Below are positions 1 to 9,761 of a stretch of 35,318 nucleotides of DNA, piece after piece. Position numbers and translations under genes: made by a program. Positions within the stretch are counted from its first letter, which is position 1. Each line of letters starts with the position of its first letter. This stretch comes from Saprolegnia diclina VS20 (lineage: Eukaryota). A model generated the notes under the pieces. The model did no database searches, was not told the origin of the DNA, and was given only the letters and a program-made list of their open reading frames with translations. The DNA lies in assembly GCF_000281045.1 (NCBI RefSeq), contig NW_008246073.1, positions 630,595-665,912 on the forward strand, written 5' to 3'.

Positions 1-959
1 CATCTCATCTCGGACAAAGAGCGTCGGCGCAAACTCCCCGTACCCTTGAAAAAGGCGTTGAAGTGCGCTCGTATCGATGGGGCGACCACTTGGTGTGGCG
101 AGGAGATCGTGCGCGTCCTTGTCGGTTAAGGGGACTCCGAGCTCCGTGGTCCAGGGCCATGTCGACCACGGCGGGTGGCCTACAGTGTCGACTCGGCATG
201 AAAACCAAGAACACATCGATGAGGCACACTATTACCTTGCATGGCCGAGTTCGGTTTGGCAAACCAAGTGTCCGCTGCACCCAGCGTGCGTGCAACATCG
301 AGTACGTGTCGCAACGACAGCTCGAGCACCGTTTGCGTCGGCGCGACAAATGCCACGAGCTCATCACCGGGCGGCGGTGCGACGAGTGCGATCGGTAGAG
401 CCAGGTCCGAAAGGTCGAGCGGCGCGTTGCCGGCTTGGAAGAAGCGGTGCAAGACCACTTCCGTGACTTCACGAACCATGCGTAGCGGGGCCGTCTCTAA
501 CGGTTGGTTGTGGAACGGTCGGAGCGCGTAAGCAGCGATCGTGACCTCGTGCAGCGTCGCCTCGGTGACCGAGATGTACACTGGTGCGTCGCGGCCGGTT
601 GTCACGCTGAGCGAGCCGCCGGCCGCGTCGGACCACGTGCACTTGGTGACAACACCATACGCCCACCGCCGGTCGTCGTGGGGAAGTGCAAGACAGACGT
701 ACGACCAAATGTACGTTTGAACGCCCGAGTCGGCTTCGTTCTTTGTGACGCGCTCCAAGCCGAGAGTCTCGAGTTCCGCGGACGAGAAGAGCTTGAAGTT
801 GAGCGTATGTGGCTTGCGTAGCCAAGTCTTGATCGTGCGCCCAGACAACACGGGCGTGACGCGCGTCGTGTCTCCCTTGCACTCGGCAGTGACATAGATG
901 GGATGGGGCGCGTCGAAAATGTGCGTCGTCCACAACTCGTAGCGCACCTCGGTCGCCAT
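1..959 (-). CDS. Crinkler-like NTPase-module protein with non-LFLAK N-terminal domain, paralog A; runs off the left edge
   Basis: ATG at 959. Exon 1 shares VTPVLSGR, ADSGVQTY..YVC, WAYGVV, AYALRPF and APLDLSDLALP with the 806-aa ORF. A GT-AG intron at 235..180 removes the apparent stop. Exon 2 then reads GHPPWSTWPWTTELGVPLTDKDAHDLLATPSGRPIDTSALQRLFQGYGEFAPTLFVRDEM, matching DAPDL..DTSALHRLFDGFGDCPLLVYVRKEM in paralog B. Confidence 0.8.
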
Positions 960-1370
960 GCGCAAGATCGCAAATACGCGTTTTGCACGGCAGTCTTTTT
1001 AATCCATATTTATATTTTCCTGAAGATAACAATACTAAATCACTGTTTGGTTTGCTCATCGTCGAATTATTAATCTGAAATCCTGTGACAAATGAAATCT
1101 CGTCATTTTGTTTTCATTACACTTTGCATTTTGTATGGGATACGTAGTCCAAGTCTATTGTGGCGTCTTCAACTCACAACCAACTCGATGACGTCATCAT
1201 GCCTTGATGGCTGCGGCAATTGTCCGGCTGCCACGTCACCAAGATCTCGCTGCTGGGACGCGGGCAGCGACGCGGGAGGGATACGGAACACTTTATACCG
1301 TTAGTCTCGATACATCAACCGCAACACGCCAGAAATCCCGTTGACCAAGTACCAGATTCGATTTGGCACC

Positions 1371-3761
1371 ATGGCGTACAAGAGCCTCACGACAGTCGCA
1401 CCCTTTTACGCGCTAAAGCCCCAATTCTGCATTTGGGACAAAGTCTACGTCAAGTGTTCGCCACTGGATCTCCCGCCCAACTCTATCTCCATGCGATCGT
1501 GGCTCGTGACGCCCGTGCTCTCGGGCCGCAATCGCGAGCCGGCACGCAAAACATTTCTTGCGACTATAAGCTTCCAGAAATCGGAAAATGATATGACCAA
1601 GGAGTACCGTCCGTTTGCCACGAGCCAGGAGCAGGCCGAGTCGGGCGTCGGGACCTACCTCGGGACGTACATTTGCTTTGCCCACGAGGGCAAGTGGGCC
1701 TACGGTCTCGTAGTCGACTGCGTCTGGTCGACTTTGAGTGGCTACAACCTTTTGGCCAAGACGTGTCGCGGCAATTGCTATGTCCCAGTCAGTGATGCTA
1801 CCTTGTGCGCGCTGACAGCCGCGGGCTACGCGCTGCGTCCGTTTGACGACCTTCTCGTCTCGTCGCATTCCGTGGCCGATGTCAAGACAGCGACGGAGGC
1901 GGTCGCACTCCACTTTCTAACCCGAGACCGTCATGCGCCGCTCGACTTTTCGCAGCTGGAGTTGCCTTGCGCCCCAACGACTCCGCCCTCGGGTAGCACG
2001 CTTCTTCCTTGCGTGCTTCGTTTCGGGCTCGGCGAGATGGCTGTGGACCGCGTACTGGACCAAGTGCACGCTTACTACACCCAATACAAGAAGCACATCA
2101 ATGTACTTGCAGGGGGCAATTACAACTCGGACAGTAAGAGGAGTTGCGTTCCCGCATATCTCACGTTGCACTTAGACATGCCAACCAACCTGCCATCGAT
2201 GGCCTCTGTCGTGCCATACTACGAAGGCACCGTTTTGGCCAACGTCGACGCTCCCGACCTTTGCGCGATCCAAGCTGGCGCCACCGCCGACACGAGTGCG
2301 CTCCATCGCCTCTTTGATGGGTTTGGCGACTGTCCCTTGCTCGTCTACGTGCGCAAGGAGATGCGAATGGTGTGGGATCTCTTGCTGGCCAACGTTTTGT
2401 CCACAAAGGCGTCGACGAGCCTCGAGGCCGCCGCCCTGCGCGCTGTTCAAAGCCATGTCATCACGCTCCACAGCCCGTGGCGCCTGCCAAACGCCGCGAT
2501 CGTGCGTCGTGCAGTGCTAGTAGGCTCGCCAGGTGTCGGCAAGTCGGTGCTCCTCGTCCTCTTTTGCGCTTACCTTGCGGTCCACCACGACTACTACGTC
2601 TTTCTCTCGCGCGCAATTCCCGGTGAACCCTCCTCTCCCGACGCCATCGTTTGCTTCCGCGGCCGCCACGTCACCAAGCAAACCGACCACTTGCGCCAAG
2701 AAATACTTGCGGTCTTTGACGCGTTCAAGCGCGAGGCCGTCGCTCGAGGCAAGCAGCTTTTCGTTGTCGGCGACGGGTACAGCCAAGTCGACATTGACAC
2801 GGTGGCGCCATTGGCGAGCATCTTTGGGCCTAGCGACCTGCTCTCGGCCGCTTCGTACAAGACGCACGACACGCGATTGGTCGTGACAGTGCCGGCGTGG
2901 ACCAAGGAGACCCTCGAAAAGGTGGCCTCCGAAAACGACCTCTGTCAACGGACGCTGGACGAGCGCCACGCAGTGTCTGGTGGCGATGTGCGCACGTTTA
3001 TCGCGGCACCCAATGTCGCGCCACCAAGCGCAACGCTCGAGGCGATCGAAGGCCTCGTACGTGGCAGCGCGCTAGCCATGTCTGTGGATGCGCTGCAGCA
3101 CGTGTACATTGCCGACACGGCTATCTACAAGCACTATGTGGACGCGATCTACCGCCGGACGATCGCCGACACGACGTTTGTCCAGCAGTGTTTGGTCGCC
3201 GAGGCGTCGATGCCGACATTTGCGTCGGTGGTGCAGTGGGCCGAACGATCGGAGCACGTCGAGCTCTGCACATCGCTTCAATCTGCGTTTGTGCATGCGC
3301 TGGCGCGCAATCGCAAGCTCCAGCTTTGCATCGAACACAAGACGTCGGTGAAGCGCTTTGCTGTGGACGCCGAGTGGTTGATCGTGGCGGCACCGGTCTC
3401 GGAGCCGGACGGTCTGGCATATCTCAGTGGTGACTTGAGCGACAAGACGTACTGGTACCCCGGGCACGCGGTGTGCCCCGGCGTCGATGCAATCCTTGTC
3501 CACAGTGGGTGGGTGTACTACCTCCCGACGAGAACAACGAGTCGTCCGATTCCGGCCTTCGAGTCGTTTGCACTGGCGAGCGTCCAAGCAGCCATCACGT
3601 CCAACACGACGCTGGCCACGTACGAGCACGCTGATGTGCTGCTCTTGCAGTCGCCAGCCAAGTGGTCGGGTCAGCTTGAAGGCAAGGTCGTTGCGACCCT
3701 GGGGGCTAAAACATCGGGACGACGCGTCGCGAATCGGGGACATGCGTGTACCCTTCACTAA
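1371..3761 (+). CDS. Crinkler-like protein: novel N-terminal domain + P-loop NTPase + REase-like C-terminus, paralog B
   Basis: 806-aa ORF (first ATG 1371). It contains YVRKEM, Walker A LVGSPGVGKS, Walker B-like LFVVGDG, VPAW, ERHAVSGGDVRTF and YWYP..PGVDAIL, the motif series typical of CRN NTPase-REase C-termini. Probable in-frame 42-nt intron at 2134..2175. Confidence 0.8.
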   Translation: MAYKSLTTVAPFYALKPQFCIWDKVYVKCSPLDLPPNSISMRSWLVTPVLSGRNREPARKTFLATISFQKSENDMTKEYRPFATSQEQAESGVGTYLGTYICFAHEGKWAYGLVVDCVWSTLSGYNLLAKTCRGNCYVPVSDATLCALTAAGYALRPFDDLLVSSHSVADVKTATEAVALHFLTRDRHAPLDFSQLELPCAPTTPPSGSTLLPCVLRFGLGEMAVDRVLDQVHAYYTQYKKHINVLAGGNYNSDSKRSCVPAYLTLHLDMPTNLPSMASVVPYYEGTVLANVDAPDLCAIQAGATADTSALHRLFDGFGDCPLLVYVRKEMRMVWDLLLANVLSTKASTSLEAAALRAVQSHVITLHSPWRLPNAAIVRRAVLVGSPGVGKSVLLVLFCAYLAVHHDYYVFLSRAIPGEPSSPDAIVCFRGRHVTKQTDHLRQEILAVFDAFKREAVARGKQLFVVGDGYSQVDIDTVAPLASIFGPSDLLSAASYKTHDTRLVVTVPAWTKETLEKVASENDLCQRTLDERHAVSGGDVRTFIAAPNVAPPSATLEAIEGLVRGSALAMSVDALQHVYIADTAIYKHYVDAIYRRTIADTTFVQQCLVAEASMPTFASVVQWAERSEHVELCTSLQSAFVHALARNRKLQLCIEHKTSVKRFAVDAEWLIVAAPVSEPDGLAYLSGDLSDKTYWYPGHAVCPGVDAILVHSGWVYYLPTRTTSRPIPAFESFALASVQAAITSNTTLATYEHADVLLLQSPAKWSGQLEGKVVATLGAKTSGRRVANRGHACTLH

Positions 3762-4361
3762 ACCTAACAAGATTGCAATTTGAGCTGTCAACCTTTTTTA
3801 AGATAGAGGGGGGTCGCATAATCGAATGAGAAGAATTGCTTGTCAGCGCACGTTAGAACGAGGTGACATCTATGAGCGAGCATCTTGCCTTTCGACTGCT
3901 CCAGAGGAAAGAAGACAGAGTATATCCCTGACTGTCGCCTCGATAAGCGAGATGCCTGCGCAGAGGAAGACCCGCATCTGGTCCAGAACAGAGTCAGCAA
4001 GAACGCTGTTTGCACCGAAAGTTTGTACTACGTCAAGTGTGTATTACCGCAGCTATGCTAATGCAGCAGTCACCACCATTTCTTGCCGCGAAGCCAGAGC
4101 GTCGCCCATCTTCAAAGAGGCACACCATCCAAGTTGCTGATTCTTCGAATGCCTCGCCCTTGACTCTTGGTCTCGTTTCGTAGTCGCAAGCGATCATCAG
4201 TATTATTTGCAAGGTCGTCGCACATCTCGAGGTTGCAGTAGCCAATGCAGACAACTCTGACGAGAAGTGTTTGTGGGTCGAATAAACAACACACATATTC
4301 TTGTTTTGGTTTGATGGCCCAATTACCCCGATAGCGTTAAAATTAGACAAGTGTCGTTGAC

Positions 4362-6383
4362 GATGCGGAATGCCAAGGCCTCGGTGCGCCCGTCGTCATC
4401 CCGTCTCGCTCAGCGTCGTTGTCTGCGCGTAGATCCAGGTGTGCGCACAGTCGCTCCAAGCACGCTTTGCGCTGCGAAAGATGCTCATGCGCGGCCAAGA
4501 TCTCTCGCACGTACGCCCAATCGCCCGCCGATGCACCGAGGACGATGTTGAAATAGCAACAAATGGAGTTTGTCGTCAAGTACCTCCAGCAAGAGACATC
4601 AATCCACCGGTTGGGATGGTGGCAGCTCTTGACGCACACAGAAAAGTTCCAGCCTCGGCTTGTTTCGTCGCTCGAATTCTTATTGGCGTAGGCTCGCGCT
4701 GGCGCAAGAAGTGACCTTGAAGACGATCGAGAAAGGCAAGCGCGTCACGATCCTCACCCGCGCCAACAACGAAGCTAACGTCGTCTTACGCGGCCGCGCC
4801 GAGTGCTTCGTACTGCAGACAGCGTGTCATGACGATGTATGCTAGCGCCTTGTTTGATGTAGCTGCTCGAGTCGCAGCAGTTCAAGCCGGTCATCAACAA
4901 CGATGGATTTGTCTTTGGCAATCTCAAGATCACAAACACCACGTACTCAGACGCTAACCCCGCGGGGTGGGCCGCCGAGGCACCGGAAATGCATCTCTGC
5001 CCATACCAAAAGGTGTTCGCCTGATCACGTATTGCATGTATGAGCTACGCATAGGTGGTGCTGGTGGGGCCCGCCGACTACTTGATCGTCACGGCCAACT
5101 TCACCATCAACGGCGCTGTGCAAAAAGTGGCCAACGTGACCAAGTGAATTCCATGCACAAAAAGACACTCGTCCGACGTTTTTGTTGCAACTAGAAACCA
5201 CGGCCTCGCTCGCTACGGCTTGGACGCCCTATCGCCCTTTGCCCGGCTCCACACCTACGACGCGGGCTGCCACATTGTCCGCCAAGGCGACGCCAAGTCG
5301 TACCTCTACTTTATCACGTCGGGGGCGTGCAAAGCTTCGTACAAGGACCCGTCGGTGGTTGACGGACCGGACGACCGGTCGTTTGCGCTCGCCAATGCCA
5401 ACGGCGTCGACGTCGCGCTACTGGGTCCGCAGGTACCCTACTTGTCTCGCGTGACTATGCACTCTTTTTGCGTGCTGTAGTCGTACATTGGGGACATTGC
5501 CTGTCTCTTTGACTTGCCCGAACCCGTCACCGTGACTTGTCTCTCGGACGTCGACGTGGTCTACTTCAACTTGCAAGAGCTCTACGACGTGCTGAAAACC
5601 TCGGACGACTTGAAGCGACGTGCGGTCGTGCCGCCCTAACGTTTCGTTGATGTCGATTTCACATGCTTAGGGCTTGTCGTCGTTGCTCACCAGACGCTCG
5701 CCTTTGTTCTCGAACGCATGGGCTTCCTTCTCGGCGACAAATGGACGACAGAGTCGCCAAGCTTTAATGAGCTCCAAACGTTCTTGAGCCATCACACCTG
5801 TACCGGATCTGGACACTTGCACTAGGGTTGATGATAATGGTGATGCTAGTGCCTTACTTGCCGCCGTACGAAGACGAGGCAAAAAGACCATTAAGTGCAG
5901 CCAAGAGCAGCGGCAACAACAACCGGAGCGAGACGCCGAGCGCACTGGACACGACGCCGCGTTCGGCGATGCTGGCGCAATTCCAGCACGTGTACGCGAA
6001 TGCCAAGCTCGTCGTCGTTGGCACTGTTTTGCTGCGTAGCAACATGGCAGCGGTCGAGCCCATTGAGCCGACGCGCGATATGCTCGTGGCCATGCACAGC
6101 ATGCACTCGACGTTCCGGACCAAGTCGTTGGCGTCGCACGGGTACGCCTTGGTGCACCCATCAGCGCCCGCCATCCACAGCAGCGAACTCCCTCTCAAGA
6201 CTGCCCAGCACAAAGCGCATTTTTTGTTTCCAACCATGACCAAGCAGCGCCAGTACCACGGGCGGTACGTTCTCTCTGTCCACAACAATATACGATCTGT
6301 GATGCGCGTGTAGGACGCTGCCGCTAATTGAAAAGTGCCAAAGCCTCGAGACCCTGTACTTGCATACACCAGCCAAGTTATGA
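4362..6383 (+). CDS. Multi-exon cyclic nucleotide-binding domain protein
   Basis: Spliced segments LHTYDAGCHIVRQGDAKSYLYFITSGACKA and SYIGDIACLFDLPEPVTVTCLSDVDVVYF form a cNMP-binding fold. An upstream degenerate repeat reads LAQEVTLKTIEKGKRV..ANVVLRGRA. There are many short introns and the ends are approximate. Confidence 0.65.
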
Positions 6384-6624
6384 AATGAACCCTCGGTTGT
6401 CTCCAGAACCAGACTTGAAGTCTTGCAGCCACATCTGAAGGTTGATTCAGATCCAGAACGATAGATGTACCCACACGGCCCTAGCCACTGGTCAAGGTCC
6501 TTGGCCCACGGACTCAGGGAAGGACGTGCAATGTGGGACTTTGGCCGGACACTGGTGTCGATGTACAATACATGTTGGTTTAAGTTATAAAATAAAATGC
6601 ACGTGAAGACTGTTGTGTCTTGGC

Positions 6625-8124
6625 TCAGAGATCCATGCATGAAAACGCTTGGGTCTCGTCGGCCAGCGCGTGTTGCTCTTCGGGGTGCTCGACCCAATAT
6701 AGCCGCCAGAAAATGCGCGATGCCATCGCAATGGCAGCGTCCGCGAGCTCCGTCGAGTGCAGTGCCTTCCAGCGCGTCGCCTGCAGTTGGCGGACCAGTG
6801 CAGACCGGAGTACTTGGCGCGCGATTGGGTTGGCCACCAGCGCCGCGTCGATCCAGGCCACCCGGCGTGCTTGCACACGGCGCTTGAGCTCGACGAGCGC
6901 GTGTTTGCGGAAACGAGCTCGCGTCTGGTACCGACGGACGGCCACCACAAGCGCTGAGATCGAAGCCTCGTGACGCGTCGTGAGTTGACGCATCTTGGCC
7001 TCCAGCACGGCTTTGGGCCAGTTGAATGCTGCGCCGCAAAAGCAGTTGACCGAGTCGCACCCGTCGCCCTTGACGAGCGGAAGCGCGCAGCTCGGACAGG
7101 CGACAATGTCGTGAACGCGGCTGAGGGCGCCCGCGACACACTCGCTGCCATGGTGGTGACCCGCAGTTTGGCACGCAAAGCACACGTCGACAGAGCAGCA
7201 GAGCGTCTGAATGAACGGGTTGTGCTGCACGAGGCGTAGGAAGAGCGCACCCTGACGCTCTTTGTCCGCCGTGCACCGCAGCAGCTTGCGCTTGACGTCA
7301 ATAGCGTCCTGACCGCTAAAGGTGGTGTCCACAAACGCGACAAGATCCGCAACCGAGGCTTCGTGCTCGCAGAAACGTTGATGGGCGTCGAGGAGCGCCG
7401 GTAGGTGCATCTCGAGCGCCGCTGGCAGCTCCAACGGATCCGACGACGGCGTCGGCAACTGGCTGTGATCCGAGTGGCACGACGGACACTTCATCGTGCA
7501 TGCGCCTGCAACTTTTCGGTCATACAAGGCAAGGCTCTCCACGATGCTCGCCTTGGCTGCTTGCTTGGCGGCGATCCAGCTGGCGGCTGCGTCGCTTTCG
7601 GGATCATGAGCCTCAACACTGGATTCGGTCCGTGTCTCGTCCAGCGCAGAAGAACTCGCATCGTTGAAGAGTGCATCGAGTTGCAACTGAAAGCGGACGG
7701 TGCTCATGGGCGTAACACACACAGGACACGGCAGCTTGGTCAAGACACCAAAGATCGCGTCGCGCGCTCGGACGTCCAAGAAGCCAGCGATACATGTGGG
7801 ACACAGGCGCGCCGGGCAGTCGACGCGACAGATGCGAGCGACGAGGCTTGTGCAGTCGACGTCGTCCATGCATACGTCGCAGACAGCCGTGTCGGGCACC
7901 GACACTGGCGTGGACGGGCCCGACGTTCCGTCCGTCGAAGCCGACGAAGCGCAGTCGATCTCAAGGTTCTTGACGCTCAGCGTCAGCACATTCTCATCTT
8001 CAAGGCAAGCACGTGCGTCCATCATCTCCAAATCTGGAATGCTGCCGCGCTCCGGCGCCACAAATATGGAAAGTTCCTGTGAATGATGGTTGCTAAAGGC
8101 GTGTTCCTCGTTCTGCCACGTCAT
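6625..8124 (-). CDS. RBR-like (RING/IBR/Rcat) zinc-finger E3 ubiquitin ligase
   Basis: Single long ORF with CDVC..CRVDCPARLCPTC..CPVC (RING-like), CCSVDVCFACQTAGHHHGSEC (IBR-like) and CPSCALPLVKGDGCDSVNCFCGAAFNW (Rcat-like). Confidence 0.75.
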   Translation of the reverse strand: MTWQNEEHAFSNHHSQELSIFVAPERGSIPDLEMMDARACLEDENVLTLSVKNLEIDCASSASTDGTSGPSTPVSVPDTAVCDVCMDDVDCTSLVARICRVDCPARLCPTCIAGFLDVRARDAIFGVLTKLPCPVCVTPMSTVRFQLQLDALFNDASSSALDETRTESSVEAHDPESDAAASWIAAKQAAKASIVESLALYDRKVAGACTMKCPSCHSDHSQLPTPSSDPLELPAALEMHLPALLDAHQRFCEHEASVADLVAFVDTTFSGQDAIDVKRKLLRCTADKERQGALFLRLVQHNPFIQTLCCSVDVCFACQTAGHHHGSECVAGALSRVHDIVACPSCALPLVKGDGCDSVNCFCGAAFNWPKAVLEAKMRQLTTRHEASISALVVAVRRYQTRARFRKHALVELKRRVQARRVAWIDAALVANPIARQVLRSALVRQLQATRWKALHSTELADAAIAMASRIFWRLYWVEHPEEQHALADETQAFSCMDL

Positions 8125-8578
8125 GCGAGAGAGTGCTGGTCGTATATCCAAACTGGTGGCGATGGTGTCTTCGACGTTTGCTCACTCTTCAAGAGAGAGA
8201 GACGTACCTTCAGGGTGCTACCATGGGTGATGGAAGAGCCTCATGTGCGTCGTTGCACTAGTACAGTATACGTTTGGGCAAGCGAAGACGATGAAGAAAT
8301 GACCAACGAGCTCACTTTTCTAATTGCGCAGCAGCTACAGCTCTATCCGAAGCAGGGAATAGGACAACAGAGTATACGCTAGCTGTATCTTCATTGTCGT
8401 CTCCTGTGGAAGGCTGGCTGGCATACTGTCGAGTCCAACTCAGAACTATGCGATTGAGAGTCGAAGCTGCGTGTCGGTAAATCAAGTGTAGCCGGAAATT
8501 CAACGACCGTAGGATGGACATGAACGACTCAGCGGCGCTATAATTAGCTGCGGCTCGCGTGGCAGTTGGCAATTAGCA

Positions 8579-9380
8579 ATGGACTTTGAAGACTTGTTGA
8601 ACGAAGTCGAGTCGGCCGTGCGCGGCACGGGCACGCCCGTGAAGCCAACGACAGCGTCGTCGTATACATCCTCCAAGCCATTGTCTACGTACTCATCCTC
8701 GTCGACCTCTTCGACGGTGAGTGCTCCCAAGCCAGCACCGACGTCGTCTTCCAAGAGCCGCATGCAATCGGACCTCGATGACCTGCTCGACCTTGTCGCC
8801 GAGCCCGAGGTCGCGACTTCCGCCAAGAAGGCGGCGCCGAGAGAGTTCCAATCAGGCAGCTCGAAAAAGTAGCGGACGCCGCTTGTTTTGGACTCAGCGT
8901 ACAAAGTAGATGCACGAACGTCGCGCTCGCCGGCACAGCACTCAAGCACGGCCAGCACGTGAGCGCGGTCAACGCTGCGTACTACTGCCAGTGCTCTCCG
9001 AATCGGAAACGCAGTCTCTTTTGGTAGTGCGTGCTCCAACCTGCGCTGCAACGACTGCGACTTTACCGTCGTTCAGTTCACCAACACGTACCTACTACTA
9101 CAGCATCACTTCGATCGCTGACGATCGTATCGTCGCTGCTTTAGGCGATGGCACGCATCCGCCGACTACATGTTTTTCCGAGAAAACGTGCCCAACGAAG
9201 CCAAGCTCCGAGCGAAAATGGAGCCCTCGTCCGGTACCGATAGACGCCATTGACACCAAAAGCAGCAAGCGCACGTGCGTAGGATGCATTGCGTACGCCT
9301 GCCAGTGCAAGTGGCTCAGCGTCTCGGACAAAACGACGCCCGAGCGCGAGCGTGTCAAGTGGTGCTGCGCCGGCCACTAG
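8579..9380 (+). CDS. CFAP418: Cilia- and flagella-associated protein 418 / C8orf37 homolog (RMP domain)
   Basis: N-terminal DLDDLL motif. The spliced C-terminus reads ACSNLRCNDCDFTVVQF..WHASADYMFFRENVP..AYACQCKW..KWCCAGH, which is diagnostic of C8orf37. Confidence 0.85.
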
Positions 9381-9761
9381 CAACCCAAACCTCGAAAGTC
9401 AGAAGACCCTGAATATACATAATTCCGAGACTAGAACCATATAGCAATGGACCGAGTCGCGACCTACGGGGTTTGCTTCCATCGGAAATCAACGTTGGGC
9501 CACCTCAACTCGGTCGTGTGTTCGCCCCATTCAAGTATCCTAAAAGAATCCAGTACCTCCATTATTCGCGCGGAAAAGGTCAACGATCACCCCGCCCAGC
9601 TTGCTCTGCGACCGAGCAACTTCCCACGTTCCTCATCCTAGCACGCTGCCCCTAGTATCTTCCTACTCACTTCATGGCTCGCATGACCATTGAGCGAGGT
9701 TACTTGGAACAAAGTCTCATTCATCACTCGACACCATGTACGTCACAAAAGAGAATACAGT

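Noticed and set aside
960..1370. Terminal inverted repeats or transposon ends around the CRN-like pair
   Set aside because: No convincing TIR, LTR or target-site duplication was visible by eye. The two genes are similar at the protein level only.
3788..4350. Short ORFs between the CRN-like gene and the cNMP gene
   Set aside because: Lower-GC intergenic sequence with no motifs or coding bias.
6161..7352. 371-aa and 255-aa minus-strand ORFs
   Set aside because: Alternative frames of the RBR gene with Arg/Ala/Pro-rich, non-protein-like composition.
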